Shown here: in pieces, positions 40,511 to 53,645 of the stretch
How positions within the stretch are numbered: the stretch's first letter is position 1
Layout: every line of letters begins with the position of its first letter
NCBI GenBank assembly: GCA_951406725.2
Contig: OX597815.1
Coordinates: 109,864,001-109,928,000, forward strand
Reading direction: 5' to 3'
Length of the DNA: 64,000 nt
Source: Octopus vulgaris
Lineage: Eukaryota
Translations under genes and position numbers: made by a program
Notes under the pieces: model-generated
The model's database searches: none
Seen by the model: only the letters and a program-made list of their open reading frames with translations
Told to the model about the DNA's origin: nothing

Positions 40511-40893
40511 TATATATACATACATTTATACATACACATACACACACATATATATGCAAACACACACATACTTATGAACTTGTGTATTTGTGTGTGCGTA
40601 TGCGTATATATGTTATATGTGTTGGAGAAACGGTAGAACGACTACTGTACTGAAGCCGCCTATTGAGACCAAAACACACGTCCACACTAGGCCTCCTGTC
40701 TCTAGATATTTATGATGTATTTTCGTTTATAGCATATCAATTTTGGAGAATTCACCAGTCTTGAGATTATCTCTCTTCTTCATTTGGATGTTCTCAGTTG
40801 CAACAAAGCCATTGTTCTTAATACCTGGAGAGCGGTGACAGTTTCAATAAATCAAGAATTCATTTTCTGCAGTATTCGATGCTCTGTTACTTA

Positions 40894-41106
40894 AGGTGGC
40901 GATCTGGCAGAGTCGTTAGCACAAGGGCGAAATACTTAGCGACATTTCGTCCGCGTCACTCACTGAGTTCATATCCTGCTGAAGTTGATTTTTGCTTTCC
41001 ATCCTTTTTGGGTCGATGAAACAGATATCAGTTTAGCACTGGGGACGATGTAGTCGACTTATCCCCTTCCCCGAAATTGCTGGCCCTGAGACATATTTTG
41101 AAACCA
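40894..41106 (+). mobile_element. SINE family A, diverged, tail type 2
   Basis: AGGTGGCGATCTGGCAGAGTCGTTAGC head; core; imperfect TSD TCTGTTA(C/T)TT. Confidence 0.8.
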
Positions 41107-42103
41107 ATATTCTGTTATTTGTCTTTGTTGTTCAAATACACCTTTATCGGTGTATGGCCACTTTGAGTTATTCTTCAGAGCTAATTTTCATTGCTTGTAC
41201 ACACACACAAACATGTAAGAGATTTGGTGGTGTCTTCCTTCATATATTTGCATGTGTATAATAGAGAGGACGTATTTAGTTTATTTAGAACAATAAATAG
41301 ATATGTAACCCCCAGCCCGATTTTCATGTTCTGATGAATGATAAATAAGCTAATTATTGTAACTAGAAACTAGATATCAAAGGGCAATGTTTCGTCTCAC
41401 ATTACATACGCCTCTGTCAATCGGGAGAACAGACATATAGATATACGTATATATTGGTGTTAGTTTTTGTATGTGTATATGCATATCTTGATATAACAGA
41501 AATGCAATAAACAACGAATATTTTACATGTGTCTTCCTTTCTCTTTCCATCTTTCTCTTACAAATTTCCTATTGCATTTATATGTGTCATTGTTCGTAAT
41601 ATCTTCGCGGAATTCTCATTTAGATGGGGTAAATCAAATCGTTAGCCGCTGCTTGCCATCCCTGCAGCGGTAGCACAGCGAGGAATAAAATTATTATAAT
41701 AAAATTGCAAGACTGAAAATAGAATATAGTGGGAGAAAGAGTAAAATAGAGCGAGGAAGAAAAGAGGATAAAGAAAAAGATAGCGATAGATGTAAAGATA
41801 AATGTAAAGAGAGGGATCGAGAGAACTTTACGAGAGAGAGAGAGTGGAAATAGGATAGGGAGGAAGAAGAGGAGAGGGAAGAGATGTAGGAGCCCTGTGA
41901 GCGTCTGGTGTCAAATTAATCTGCCAATGTATAAGATAATGATCATAAATTGTGACGCTGTGTTTCCTTTACTTCACGTGATTCTGTTAATCGCGATAAA
42001 TAGACGGACGCGAGAGGTCGTGCGCGTTGTTCCAATGGCCTCCAGGACAGAATAACATATAAATGGTTATATGAATACACACATATATGTATTCGTGTGT
42101 GTG

Positions 42104-42139
<36 letters not shown>

Positions 42140-42144
42140 CATAC

Positions 42145-42178
<34 letters not shown>

Positions 42179-42588
42179 ATACATATATATACACGTGCAT
42201 ACATATATATATATATACTTGTATTCATATATGTATATATATACATGAATATATACGTGTATATATATGTGCATATATACGTATATACACACATACACAT
42301 ATATATATATACATATATATATATACGTGAATACATATGTGTGTGCGCGCACACACACACACATTCATGCGTATCATTATAGGTATAATTTACACTCACA
42401 CACATTATATAATTTTATTTTTTTTGGTTTTACTTTTTCATATAGGCTAAACATATGTGTTTCATACAAAATACGACGCATATGCACAAACTTGAATTTG
42501 AAAACGTGTAAATAATGACAATCCAGATGGACTCGAACTCGTGTCTCCTTTGTCGATATTCCTGTATAATTTTCTCTATAGCATAATC

Positions 42589-42821
42589 TATTTCTCTACT
42601 ACCCACAAGGAGCTAAAGACAGAGGGGACAAACAAGGAGAGACAGACGGATTAAGTCGATTACATCGACCCCAGTGCGTAACTGATACTTAATTTATCGA
42701 CCCCGAAAGGACGAAAGGCAAAGTCGACCTCGGCGGAATTTGAACTCAGAACGTAACGGCAGACGAAATACGGCTACACATTTCGCCCGGCGTGCTAATG
42801 TTTCTGCCAGCTCGCCGCCTT
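42589..42821 (-). mobile_element. SINE family A, full length with TSD
   Basis: Near-consensus copy; TSD TCTCTATA(G/A)CATAATC. Confidence 0.9.
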
Positions 42822-45480
42822 CTCTCTATAACATAATCCTCCTGACAATAGTCACTTTCACATACATCCTTTTATAACCATTCATATTCTATTTCTTGAA
42901 AATCTTCAATTTTTAAGCATGCGCATCTTAATACGAACTATTGCGTTTATGTTGCTTTCATATTGCTTAGTAAAGTTTGACATTCGATTGCGAAATGTTA
43001 TCTTGATCGCAAAACCTAGGGAAATTTTATTAATTCCGGTTTGGTCAATTATAAAAGAGCGTGTGTATAGTTTTCATAAGATGCTAAAATTTCTATATAC
43101 TAGATATTTAGATGATATTTCAAATTCGATGGTAAACCTATCAGTTTAGACCTGCCTATCTTCTTTTCAGTCTTAAGTCGAAGCACAACCTCGCTTATAT
43201 GCCCTATATATTAGTTCCCTTTTTTGTACAAGTTTTTTTCACTTTTCTTCTTGTTTAGTTTAATCACATGACTTTTTTAACGTCTCCTCTGTTTTTAGTC
43301 GCAAGCTTTCTCAAAATTTTCGTTCGTTTGAATCCTGACGCTTTCCAGAGGAGCGATAACAATTTTTCCCAAGCGCTGAAATCGTAATGTTTCTGGTTGA
43401 TGAATGGATTTATCTATATCTGTATTTTGTCCATTACATTTGTTGAACAATTCTTTCACTATTATTTTTTCCGAATGAAGTGACCAAAGTTAGAGTACAG
43501 CGGGCTGAATAAATAGTAAATTGATGAAGAGAACCAAGAAAATTTCACCAAGAAATATTGCACCCTCAGTAAAGAGAAGTAGTTATTATCTAAATTATAA
43601 ATGATGTTCGCTACGAAATGTCTTCTTCAGAAGCGGTTATCATAGAATCTTATAAACGGGTCATTGATGTATTTAATATGCCTTTAATAAGAGCAACAAT
43701 TTAAGCCAACGCGGAAGACTTTAAACTTTAATGATTACACAAAAATGAACTTTATGAGCTAATATTATAATTAGTTTTCACTTTGTTGTAAACGTTACAA
43801 TTTTCCGAAGATTACAAATGTTTCACAAAATGAAATAGCTTAGTTTATAGGTTACTGTGAGGAAATTGAGAATTCAGACGTTTGGGACATGGCCAAGTCG
43901 CTGTGAAATTCATGCCAAACAAGGTGCTTATTTGAGGAAGCACAGTTTTGAAGTTTTCACGCTGTTGCTCACATCGTTTGCTGATATATACCAGTGCAAG
44001 TTATACGTATACTTGCGTATATATTTCGCTCAAGTACATATACACTCTCGCACATACACATACATTAGGATATAACATGACCTGAGAGAAGGAACTGCAC
44101 CCAGGACTTCCGAAGGCCACCTGAGATCCATTATTGTTCTTCACACGCGCTTATTCACTCTCCGTTTCTTTCTCACTCGCATGCACTGACATATAATCAT
44201 TAGCAAGAGACTATAGTAGAAAATACTTGCCTAGGTGCTGTGTAGAGGATTCAAACTCGAAAATACAAGCTTGCAAAATCAACTTTCCAAGTACACGCCA
44301 ATGTCAGTACCATTGTTGTTGCTTAACTTTCGAATATACCCGGTTAGAAGTTTTCAGTTGTTCAGTGTCATTTCATAGTTTGCTAGAAAGCAGTTCCAAT
44401 GAAGCATTGTGCAAAACTGCATATATGTTTCCTTGCATCTATTTTATTCCATTTTCTGTTGTATTGGAAAGAATAAAGGAACTGTCGTGACTAAATATCA
44501 TAAAAGTTGATTTATCCTCTCATCCCCTCTCTCTCTTTCTCTAATTACACACACACACTCTCATACACACATATATACACTCAAATACGCACGTGCATGT
44601 ATTATATTGATTAGTAAACGTTTGGATTTGTAAACGAGGAAGAATATTCTGAATTCTCAAAGTACTGTTTGTATATATATTATAATGGTTGTACATTTAA
44701 TAGTTCACTTCCCAAGCTTTTCGGGTTCGATCTGCAGCTCTTTTGGCAAGAATATTCTACTGTGGTCTCTTGCGAATGGATATTTGTATGTAAGTGTGTG
44801 CTCACGTGTATGTTCGTGTGTACGTACGTTTGTATGTTTTATTACAATGGACTATAATTTCTAATTTTTCGCATTCGATAACTCAAATGATTCCTGTAGC
44901 TTAAAAGTATGAAATACATAAGAAAAAAATATCCATAATCACAACAAAATATGACTGTTCAAAAGTTGATCGCGTTTTGATTGATTCATTTATTGCCAGA
45001 AATATTAAAGAACTGCGTAACCTATTACTCTGTTCACTATCATAAGCAAAATATACGGTATTTTTATCTGTTCTCGAGAGGAGTACGTGATGTATTTTTG
45101 TGTTCCCAGTAATATGTGCAAAAAATAAACGTAAACACGGAAGCAACTCTTGTTCATGAAGGTGAATAAATTAACGCTTTATCTCCTTTCATGGTACAGC
45201 AAGACTTTTATACAAGAAATATTATATTTATTGAGTCAATTGTTGTAAATCCCATAGTTAATTTCAATATGTCTGCATAAATCCACAAATTCCGATATTT
45301 TGGTTTTTTGGTCAAAATGGAAAAAACTTAGAAAACTTTTAAACTCACGCGAAAACTATTTGCTACCTTCCTTTTCTTTTTTCTTTTTTTCTTCTTAAAC
45401 GTAGTCGCTGGATATTGTTTCTCGTTAGCATGGGATGGCCATAAAATGAATACTATCTATAAAGAGCTTATCATCGTATA

Positions 45481-46026
45481 TCTCTTATTATAAAAGGCAG
45501 ATTTTATCTGCCTCCCTTTGTAACTTATAGAAATCTACAATATAGGATTTCTTCAATTACAATTTACCTAGCATTTTAAAGAGTAGAATGCATCGGGTCA
45601 TGCCAGGTCCAGTTTTTAAAATTTAAACTCCAATTAAGCAAAATTTACAGAAAACTCACATTCTGGTGTGTATGTCAAATGCTTTTCTTAATGTGGTTTA
45701 CACCACACGCACACGCACACACACAGTGTGCAACGAATAAAATGAAAGTAAATAGCGACAGAGTGATTTGAGGAAGACTAAACTGAAAGTATTTAAACCA
45801 CTACTTAAAAAATAAAAAAACACAGCAAACAGAAACAAATAAATACATAACGATTTACTCCTCACACAATTTCTTCAATTAGAGTTTATCTAAGATTTTT
45901 CAAAGTACTCCATTCGGTCATGCCATAATATATTTCTTTCAATTTCACCCCCAATTAAGACAAAATTCGAGAAAACTCAATATTTTAACATTTCACTCGA
46001 AAGCATTGATGTACATGTGTGCGTGC

Positions 46027-46071
<45 letters not shown>

Positions 46072-47160
46072 ATGGGTTGTGCGACACAGAAAGTGTGGTG
46101 TGTAAGTGAAGTGCTTTTGTTAGTGTGTGTAAAGAGACAGACAGAGTGAAAGACAGAAATAACTGAACTTTTTTTATTCACTTTTTGTAGTGAGTGACTG
46201 AGAGAGAAAAGAGAGAGAGAGGTTATGTATGTATATATGTATGTATGGCTTCAGTGACACACACACAAAAACACATACCTACGTACACCTAAAGCACACA
46301 CACACACACACACACAAGCGGAGCGCGAACTTTAAAATTTTGGTAGTATTAATTTGCGAGCGTACTTCTAAGCGCGCGTAATTGAAAGTTTTCACTATGA
46401 TATCATCACGTGCGAAAAAATTCGAAGGGTTTTGAACAATTGAGATACACATGTCACGCCTGTATTGAAACCATTCCTAAGCTGCCGTAATTGCTTAATT
46501 AAGACTTTGTTTAAATTGAAAGGGGCAAATATGTGACGAGGTTGAAAAGAAATACCCCAGAAAAAAAAAAATGTACTGCTGGTATTTATATAATTCACTA
46601 CTATTTTGCTACAATGTCATGAAAAAGAAAAAATTTAGGTATGTAAATCGAATTCGCCACCCCCTTTTCCCCGTTCGCGTTTGTGTAAAAAAAATTATTA
46701 TTTAAGTTAAAAAAATTATTTACTTTGTTCAAAAAATATTAATATTAATTAATTTTCAAGAATTATTTAATTTTATTCTGTAAAATAGTAATTAATTCAT
46801 TTATCTGTAAATCCGCGAGGTTGTTACTCAGGCACCTAGAATGGTAACCTTCAACTAACACTATCTCCTCCGAGACCCTGCGGCGCAAGTTGACCAAAAT
46901 TGAGAGTATGGTAGAAGAAGGGTTGCTCTTCCTTCCGTAGAACATAAAATTCAAATCGGACCATGTTAACACCAAAAATTATTTACATCAAAAAGATGCT
47001 TTTTTCTATGAAAATCCCTATTTTTTACGATTTTTTCACTGCTGTGTCGCCACTTTTCGGTGTATTTCGACCAGAAAAATGTTCACAAAATTTTTACTTT
47101 TCAAAATTACAATTCCAGCGGGTCGAAACAAACCCGAGCAACGCCGGGCGATACTGCTAG
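45481..47160 (+). mobile_element. Non-autonomous Helitron
   Basis: 5' TC (A|TCTCTTATTATAAAA); 3' hairpin CCCG-A-GC-AAC-GC-CGGG (47133-48) followed by CTAG|T (47157-60). Inserted between A and T with no TSD; no Rep/helicase ORF. Confidence 0.8.
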
Positions 47161-47739
47161 TATACATATATTTGGATTTAAAATCACGTGCCATGCCATT
47201 CCAAACACAGTTACTTTCTGAAATATAACTCTAGATTTTGATACTTGTAATTTATTCGTTCGAAGAAAACTAACGTGGAGATACAATAAATTAATATAAA
47301 CACCCCACTAATTCTAAAAAAGTTAATTAATAGAAGCAAGTCCTATAAATAAAGGGTATAAAAGTTAAACAAGAAAAATGCTCAAATTTGGAGAAAAGGC
47401 CATCATAGATAATTTGTAATACATTACGCATAAAAAGCCAGTATTACTCTGACACACAAAATATTAAATGTACCCTCTCCCAGTTTTTTCATCCTACATA
47501 CGCGCGCGAGCCGCGCGCACACACACACACACATTCAGGGTTAACCCGTTAAGGCCTTGGTTACTTTAACGTCTTCACAATTTCTACTTCTATATTCTTA
47601 TTTTTTTTCTTCAAGTGGTTTAATGAAGTTGAGAGGAAAAAGATTATTTTCAAAATTCTCATATTCATTATACAGGGGGAAATAAGCTGTCTTCTCGTGC
47701 TAAAGTAAAGTATCACGCAGATAATAAAAATAGCTTGAA

Positions 47740-48748
47740 ATTTTGTACATAAGGCCAGTCATTTTAGGGGAGGAAGTAAGTCTGCATCGATCACTATGTT
47801 CAACTGGTACTTATTTTACTGATGTCGAAAGGATGTCAAGCAACTTAAAACGTTATGACTCGGAAGAAATACAACTAAGCATTTTGTACTAACGATTGTA
47901 CGAGTTCGCGACCTTAATAACAATAATAATCCTTTCTATTATAGGTACATCTTTTTAAGGAGGCGCCAATCGATTACATCACCAACCCCCACTTCCGGTG
48001 CTCAACTGGTTCTTATTTCATTGATCCCGAAAGTATGAAATGCAATGTCGACCTCGGCGGAATTTGAACTCAGAAGGTGGAGGCAGATGAAATGACGCAA
48101 AGCATTTTCTCCGGCATGCTAACAATTCTTATTTCTTTATTGCCCACAAGGGGCTAAACATAGAGGGGACAAACAAGGACAGACAAAGGGATTAAGTCGA
48201 TTACATCGACCCCAGTGCGTAACTGGTACTTAATTTATCGACCCCGAAATGATGAAAGGCAAAGTCGACCTCGGTGGAATTTGAACTCAGAACGTAGCGG
48301 CAGACGAAATACCTTTTTTTTTTTACTACCCACAAGGGTCTAAACACAGAGAGGACAAACAAGGACAGACAAAGGGATTAAGTCGATTATATCGACCCCA
48401 GTGCGTAACTGGTACTTATTTAATCGACCCCGAAAGGATAAAAGGCAAAGTCGATCTCGGTGGAATTTGAACTCAGAACGTATCGGCGGACGAAATACCG
48501 CTAAGCATTTCGCTCAGCGTGCTAACGTTTCTGCCAGCTCGCTCCCTATCATTCTAATTTTGGCAAAAGGCCAACAATTTTGTGTAGAGGGGAAGTGGAT
48601 TACATCGACCCCAGTACTCAACTGTTACTTATCTTATCGACCATAAAGCAGATTGACCCTCAAAATATTAAAAACATAAAAAAGCGGAACAAATGCCGCA
48701 AATCATGTTGTCCCGGGTAGTAATGATTCTGCTAACGCGCCACCTTCA
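47740..48748 (-). mobile_element. Tandem/nested array of five SINE-A units
   Basis: Old copies at ~47740-47915 and ~48550-48748 flank a trimer at 47930-48545 with junctions at 48127/8 and 48313/4. Confidence 0.85.
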
Positions 48749-49064
48749 AAAATATTAATAAAAGTAATAATAACATTAAATGTTCATAATATTTGTATAA
48801 AATGATAAATCAAAATAACGTAGAGATTTTAAGGCTATAAAAAGTAATGAACACCAAGTAAAATGCAATGAACCATCTCTGGAGCAGCAATAACAAATAC
48901 TTGTGGGTGGGTAAAATATCAAGTTGAATCACAAGATCCGCTTACACTTCCTTGCACAATAATCGAATATAAAACATTCTTTCTTATTCTATTCACACCT
49001 GGAGTGGTTTTCCGTGCAAAATACATTTATATGCACCTATGTATACATAGATACATGCGTTTTT

Positions 49065-49545
49065 TTTATAGCTGTTTTAGTCATTAGACTGTGGTCATTA
49101 TGGAACACCTTCTTGAAGAACAACTCGATCTCAATACTTATATCTTTTTAAATAAAATAAAAATAAATGCGCCCTTTTAAAGCCTAGCCAGGCTCATCGG
49201 TCCGGTTTCCCGGTTTCTATGGTGTATGTGTTCCCCAGTTGGACGGGACGCCTGTCCATCGCAGCGTTACTCATTTTTGCCAGCTGAGTGGACTGGAGCA
49301 ACGTGAAATGAAGTGTTTTGCTCGTGAACACAACGCGTCGCCCGGTTCAGGAATCGAAACCACAGTCTTACGATGATGGTGCTGACACCCTAACCACTAA
49401 GCCACGCGCCTCCACAAATCTTTTTAAGCCTAGTACTTAATCTTTCGAGGTCTTTTTGAGAACCACTAAGTTACGAGGAAGTAAACGCATCAACATTGGT
49501 TGTCAAGCGGTAATGGCAGACAAACACAAACATAAAATTACACAC
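49065..49545 (-). mobile_element. SINE-B 3' part, interrupted by SINE-C
   Basis: TGTTTTAGTCATTAGACTGTGGTCAT tail; resumes at AAGCCTAGTACTTAATCT...TTGGTTGTCAAGCGG. Confidence 0.6.
49152..49417 (-). mobile_element. tRNA-derived SINE family C (V-SINE-like), full length with TSD
   Basis: Minus strand: GTGGAGGCGCGTGGCTTAGTGG A-box, GTTTCGATTCC B-box, GCTCCAGTCCACTCAGCTG..CTGCGATGGACAGGCGTCCCGTCCA (V-domain-like, from memory), (ATTTT)n tail. TSD ATCTTTTTAA at 49142-51 and 49418-27. Confidence 0.85.
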
Positions 49546-49673
49546 GCGCGCGTGAGTGTGTGTGTGTGTGTGTAAAGATATATATATATATATATATGTG
49601 TATATATATATAGGTGTGTGTGTGTGTATACATACCTATGTACACACACACGCACAACACACGCACACACACA

Positions 49674-49744
<71 letters not shown>

Positions 49745-49847
49745 TCATATATATATATCGTCAATGTATCATATATCCGGAAAAGAAGCACACTCTAAAG
49801 GGTAGAGCAGTAAAGAATTAAAGTAATAAAGTTAATGTCTGGTCATT

Positions 49848-49907
49848 GAATGACCAATGGTTTCGCATCTACGAAGGCTGTAGCTTCGTGGATGACTCAT
49901 GAAACTC
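49848..49907 (-). ncRNA. Degenerate hammerhead-like motif
   Basis: Minus strand: GAGT TTCATGA G(T)CATCCACGAAG-CTACAGC-CTTCGTAGATGC GAAA CCATTGG TC ATTC. Stems are present but the core has two substitutions versus CUGAUGA. Confidence 0.4.
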
Positions 49908-50144
49908 TTATATAGTAATAGCATTTGTTGCCACTTCCGTCTGGCTGTTCCATGCAGAACAATGTTGCTACATTTTAACCATAGGTAAACCTCTTTTACA
50001 GCTGGTTAGTTTATTTCCCGGGATTAAAATTTAGTAAATTTGTTCTGCATGAAACAGTCACGCAAAAGAAGCAACAGACATTACTCTTTAGTAATGTTAC
50101 TACATGGATCTCTTTCAGAGATTTTAAAAAACCAGCTACTTTAG

Positions 50145-50199
<55 letters not shown>

Positions 50200-50213
50200 C
50201 ATACATACATTAT

Positions 50214-51025
50214 TAATAAAGCTGCAAAACTGTTACTCAGAGTTTCACGTTCCTGTTCTTCGGACAGTTTTGGTTGAGATTGGAACAAAATATGGTTATA
50301 TGTATCAATATACAATTACGTTGATAGATACTCATTTGAAAATGGTTTTGTTTTATTAGTCCTTTCAGCTAACGTGTTTTTTTTTCAATAAGCGGTTACA
50401 TGAAATTACAATTACGATTTAAAATCATATTATTATATAAATCAAAGAACACCTCAAATCAAAAATTAGCTTTAGTAGAAGGGGGGAAAATAAGAACGCT
50501 GAAGGATAGTTATTCTTGTTGCAAAAACTTCGCCTCTTTTATTAATCAGCATAACACAAAAATCATTAGAAGCAACCACAGTGCTGAATTGTAGAATTGC
50601 AATCTCAAAGATAAGAGTTAGTGTCCGTTAAAAGAAAAATATGTCTTGAAAAATGAATAGTTTATAGAGCTAAAGTACAAACAGATGGCTCACAAGAATA
50701 TAAAACATACACAGGAGCTTCGGAAAGTTCATTCTAGACAAGGTTTTATTTCCGATACCCCGGAAATAGAACAGCAACAAGTCTTGCAAAACATGTCTGG
50801 CAACTGAAAGTAAATGACACCCGTCCTTTCAATATAAACTGGACAATTTTGGAAAAAGCAGCACCATATAAACATGAAACATATAGAAGACCCATGAAAT
50901 GCAATCTTTGCTTCTCAGAAAAAATTTTTCATCCTGTTCCAGAAGAAACATGCATTGAACCAAAGACGAGAACTTTTAAACTCCTACAGACACGCAACGA
51001 GGTTTAAAATGTCATCTAAAAAATA
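50214..51025 (+). mobile_element. Penelope-like element fragment: GIY-YIG endonuclease plus inverted pLTR piece
   Basis: 50495-51015 decayed frames TLKDSYSCCKNFASFINQHN, NCN..CPL, IVYRAKV..KTYTG, TSLAKHVWQLK, FNINWTILEKAAPY, KCNLCFSEK, LNQRRELL..RH. Opposite-strand hammerhead at 50225-72. Confidence 0.85.
50225..50272 (-). ncRNA. Minimal type I hammerhead ribozyme motif (PLE-type)
   Basis: Minus strand: CAAAACTGT CCGAAGA AC-AGGAAC-GT GAAA C-TCTGA-G TA ACAGTTTTG. Perfect 9-bp stem I, GUA triplet, one core variant (U4C). Confidence 0.7.
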
Positions 51026-51413
51026 CCGTACGAGTAAAAAAATTTTGCTTTATGCATTTGAATTTGGCTTTTACACCTAAAATATTGACATCTTTTAGTA
51101 TTACAATGCTTGTACATATTTCTCCTTCATATTTTATATTCTACTTTCAAGAAAGCATTCGACTGTTTTACAAATTTAAATTCAAATTCTACCGAGGTTA
51201 AATTTTTACTAATTTTTACTCATTTTCATATTTGAATTCCAAAATATTATTTCAAATTTATATTTTTTTTAATTTATATATTCATATTACATTCAATTAT
51301 ATTATATTAATTTATTGTACAATTTTCTTATTTTAATTTTCTATACAGCAGACAGTTTTTAAATATATCTGTATGCATATATACATTATGGTATATATGT
51401 ATCTTGATGTGAA

Positions 51414-51460
<47 letters not shown>

Positions 51461-51463
<3 letters not shown>

Positions 51464-52157
51464 CTTGTTTCAGTCATTTTGGCTGCGGCCATGCTAGAGC
51501 ACCACCTTTAATCGAGCAACTTGATCCCGGGACTTATTCTTTGTAAGCCCAGTACTTATTCTGTCGGTCTCTTTTGCCGAACCGCTAAGTGACGGGGACA
51601 TAAACACACCAGCATCGGTTGTCAAGCAATGCTAGGGGGACAAACACAGACACACAAACACACACACGCATATATATATATATATACATATATACGACGG
51701 GCTTCTTTCAGTTTCCATCTACCAAATCCACTCACAAGGCTTTGGTCGGCCCGAGGCTATAGTAGAAGACACTTGCCCAAGGTGCCACGCAGTGGGACTG
51801 AACCCGAGACCATGTGGTTGGTAAACAAGACATGTAGCAAATCAACCCCAGGACTTATTCTTTGCAAGCCTAGTACTTATTCAATCGGTTTCTTTTGCCG
51901 AACTGCTAAGTTAAGGGGACGTAAACACAGCAGCACTGGTTGTCAAGGGATGTTGGAAGGGGGGAACAGACACACACACATATATATATACATATACATA
52001 TATGACAGGCTTCTTTCAGTTTCCGTCTATCAAATCCACTCACAAGGCTTTGGTCGGCTCAAGGCTATAGTAGAAGACACTTGCCTAAGGTGCCACGCAG
52101 TGGGACTGAACCCGGAACCATGTGGTTGGTAAGCAAGCTACTTATCAAACAGCCACA
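51461..52157 (-). mobile_element. Two tandem SINE-B units
   Basis: 51461-51825 and ~51840-52157, both homologous to 52515-52975. Confidence 0.9.
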
Positions 52158-52343
52158 GTTTTACTGGCAACAGTGTATGAGATCAGTGGAATTTTTTAAC
52201 TTCAGAAACTATTCAAAAATATACATATGTTCATATAGACGGACATACAAACTCACAGTTATAGATACAAATACACAACTATACACAATCATACATACAC
52301 ACCCTTTCTCTCACGCACGCGCGCAAACACATACACACACAAA

Positions 52344-52383
<40 letters not shown>

Positions 52384-52512
52384 CACTCACTGACACAGCT
52401 AAAGATATCTGGAGGAGCCACATCGCTGATACAGCAATGTCTGTATCAAAAAAACTAGGTTTGTGATACACTTTGTGATACACTGGCGAAAGACAATACA
52501 GTACACACAGTA

Positions 52513-52732
52513 TACTCTTTTACTCTTTTACTTGTTTCAGTCATTTGACTGCGGTCATGCTGGAGCACCACCTTTAATCGAGCAACTCGACCCCGGGACT
52601 TATTCTTTGTAAGCCCAGTACTTATTCTATCGGTCCCTTTTGCCGAACCGTTAAGTGACAGGGACATAAACACGCCAGCATCGGTTGTCAAGCAATGCTA
52701 GGGGGACAAACACAGACACACAAACACACACG

Positions 52733-52812
<80 letters not shown>

Positions 52813-52976
52813 TACGACGGACTTCTTTCAGTTTCCGTCTGCCAAATCCACTCACAAGGCTTTGGTCGGCCCGAGGCTATAGTAGAAGACACTTGCCCAA
52901 GGTGCCACGCAGTGGGACTGAACCCGGAACCATGTGGCTGGTAAGCAAGCTACTTACCACTCAGCCACTCCTGCAC
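52513..52976 (-). mobile_element. SINE family B, full length (~460 bp, internal (TA)n(TG)n)
   Basis: Minus strand: GGTGCAGGAGTGGCTGAGTGG A-box, GGTTCAGTCCC B-box, CCTTGGGCAAGT, tail CAGTCAAATGACTGAAACAAGTAAAAGAGTAAAAGAGTA. Confidence 0.92.
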
Positions 52977-53194
52977 CTAGTATAGTAACATTATATATAT
53001 TCTAGCAAGACAGGCAATGGAATATTGTTCCCACATTTAAGACAGTGTCTGCTTCGCTACATACAGAGAGATGAGTCAATGTCCATTCAAAACAACCACT
53101 GAACTAATTCAAAAGAAAGTCTGTGACCAGTATTCCAATTAATGCTGTTTCAAGTCTCTACGATCTTTGCTGTTATTACTGCAGATATGAATGC

Positions 53195-53252
<58 letters not shown>

Positions 53253-53302
53253 ATCAGCTCGTACATACGCGCTTACACACGCACATATATATTCGCTCAT
53301 TG

Positions 53303-53628
53303 TTTTCTTGTTTTAGTCATCTTACTGCGGGTTTTCCGATCGAAGACATCTACCCCAGGACTGATTTGTAAGTCTAGTACTTATTCAATCTCTCTCGTGT
53401 AAACACACCAACATCGGTTGTCAGGCGAGAGTGAGGGGGTGGGGAAATACTGACACCAGAGACTCACACACATAAATAAACATATATGTATATGAGACGG
53501 TCTTCTTTCAGTTTCTGTCTACCAAATACACTGTGGTTATAGTAGAAAACTCTTACCCAACGTGCTACGCAGTGGGATTGAACCCGAAACCATGTGGTTG
53601 GAAAGTAAGCCTCTTACCACACAGCCAT
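53303..53628 (-). mobile_element. SINE family B, diverged with internal deletions
   Basis: CTTTCAGTTTCTGTCTACCAAAT..GCAGTGGGATTGAACCCGAAACCATGTGG..CTTACCACACAGCCA. Confidence 0.75.
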
Positions 53629-53645
53629 ACATGCATATACATACA

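Noticed and set aside
41325-41385. CTGATGA...GAAACTAGATA hammerhead candidate
   Set aside because: No stem I and the cleavage triplet is out of register.
47740-48748. Regularly spaced repeats as a CRISPR-like array
   Set aside because: Units are ~200-bp SINEs with no unique spacers; eukaryotic context and no cas genes.
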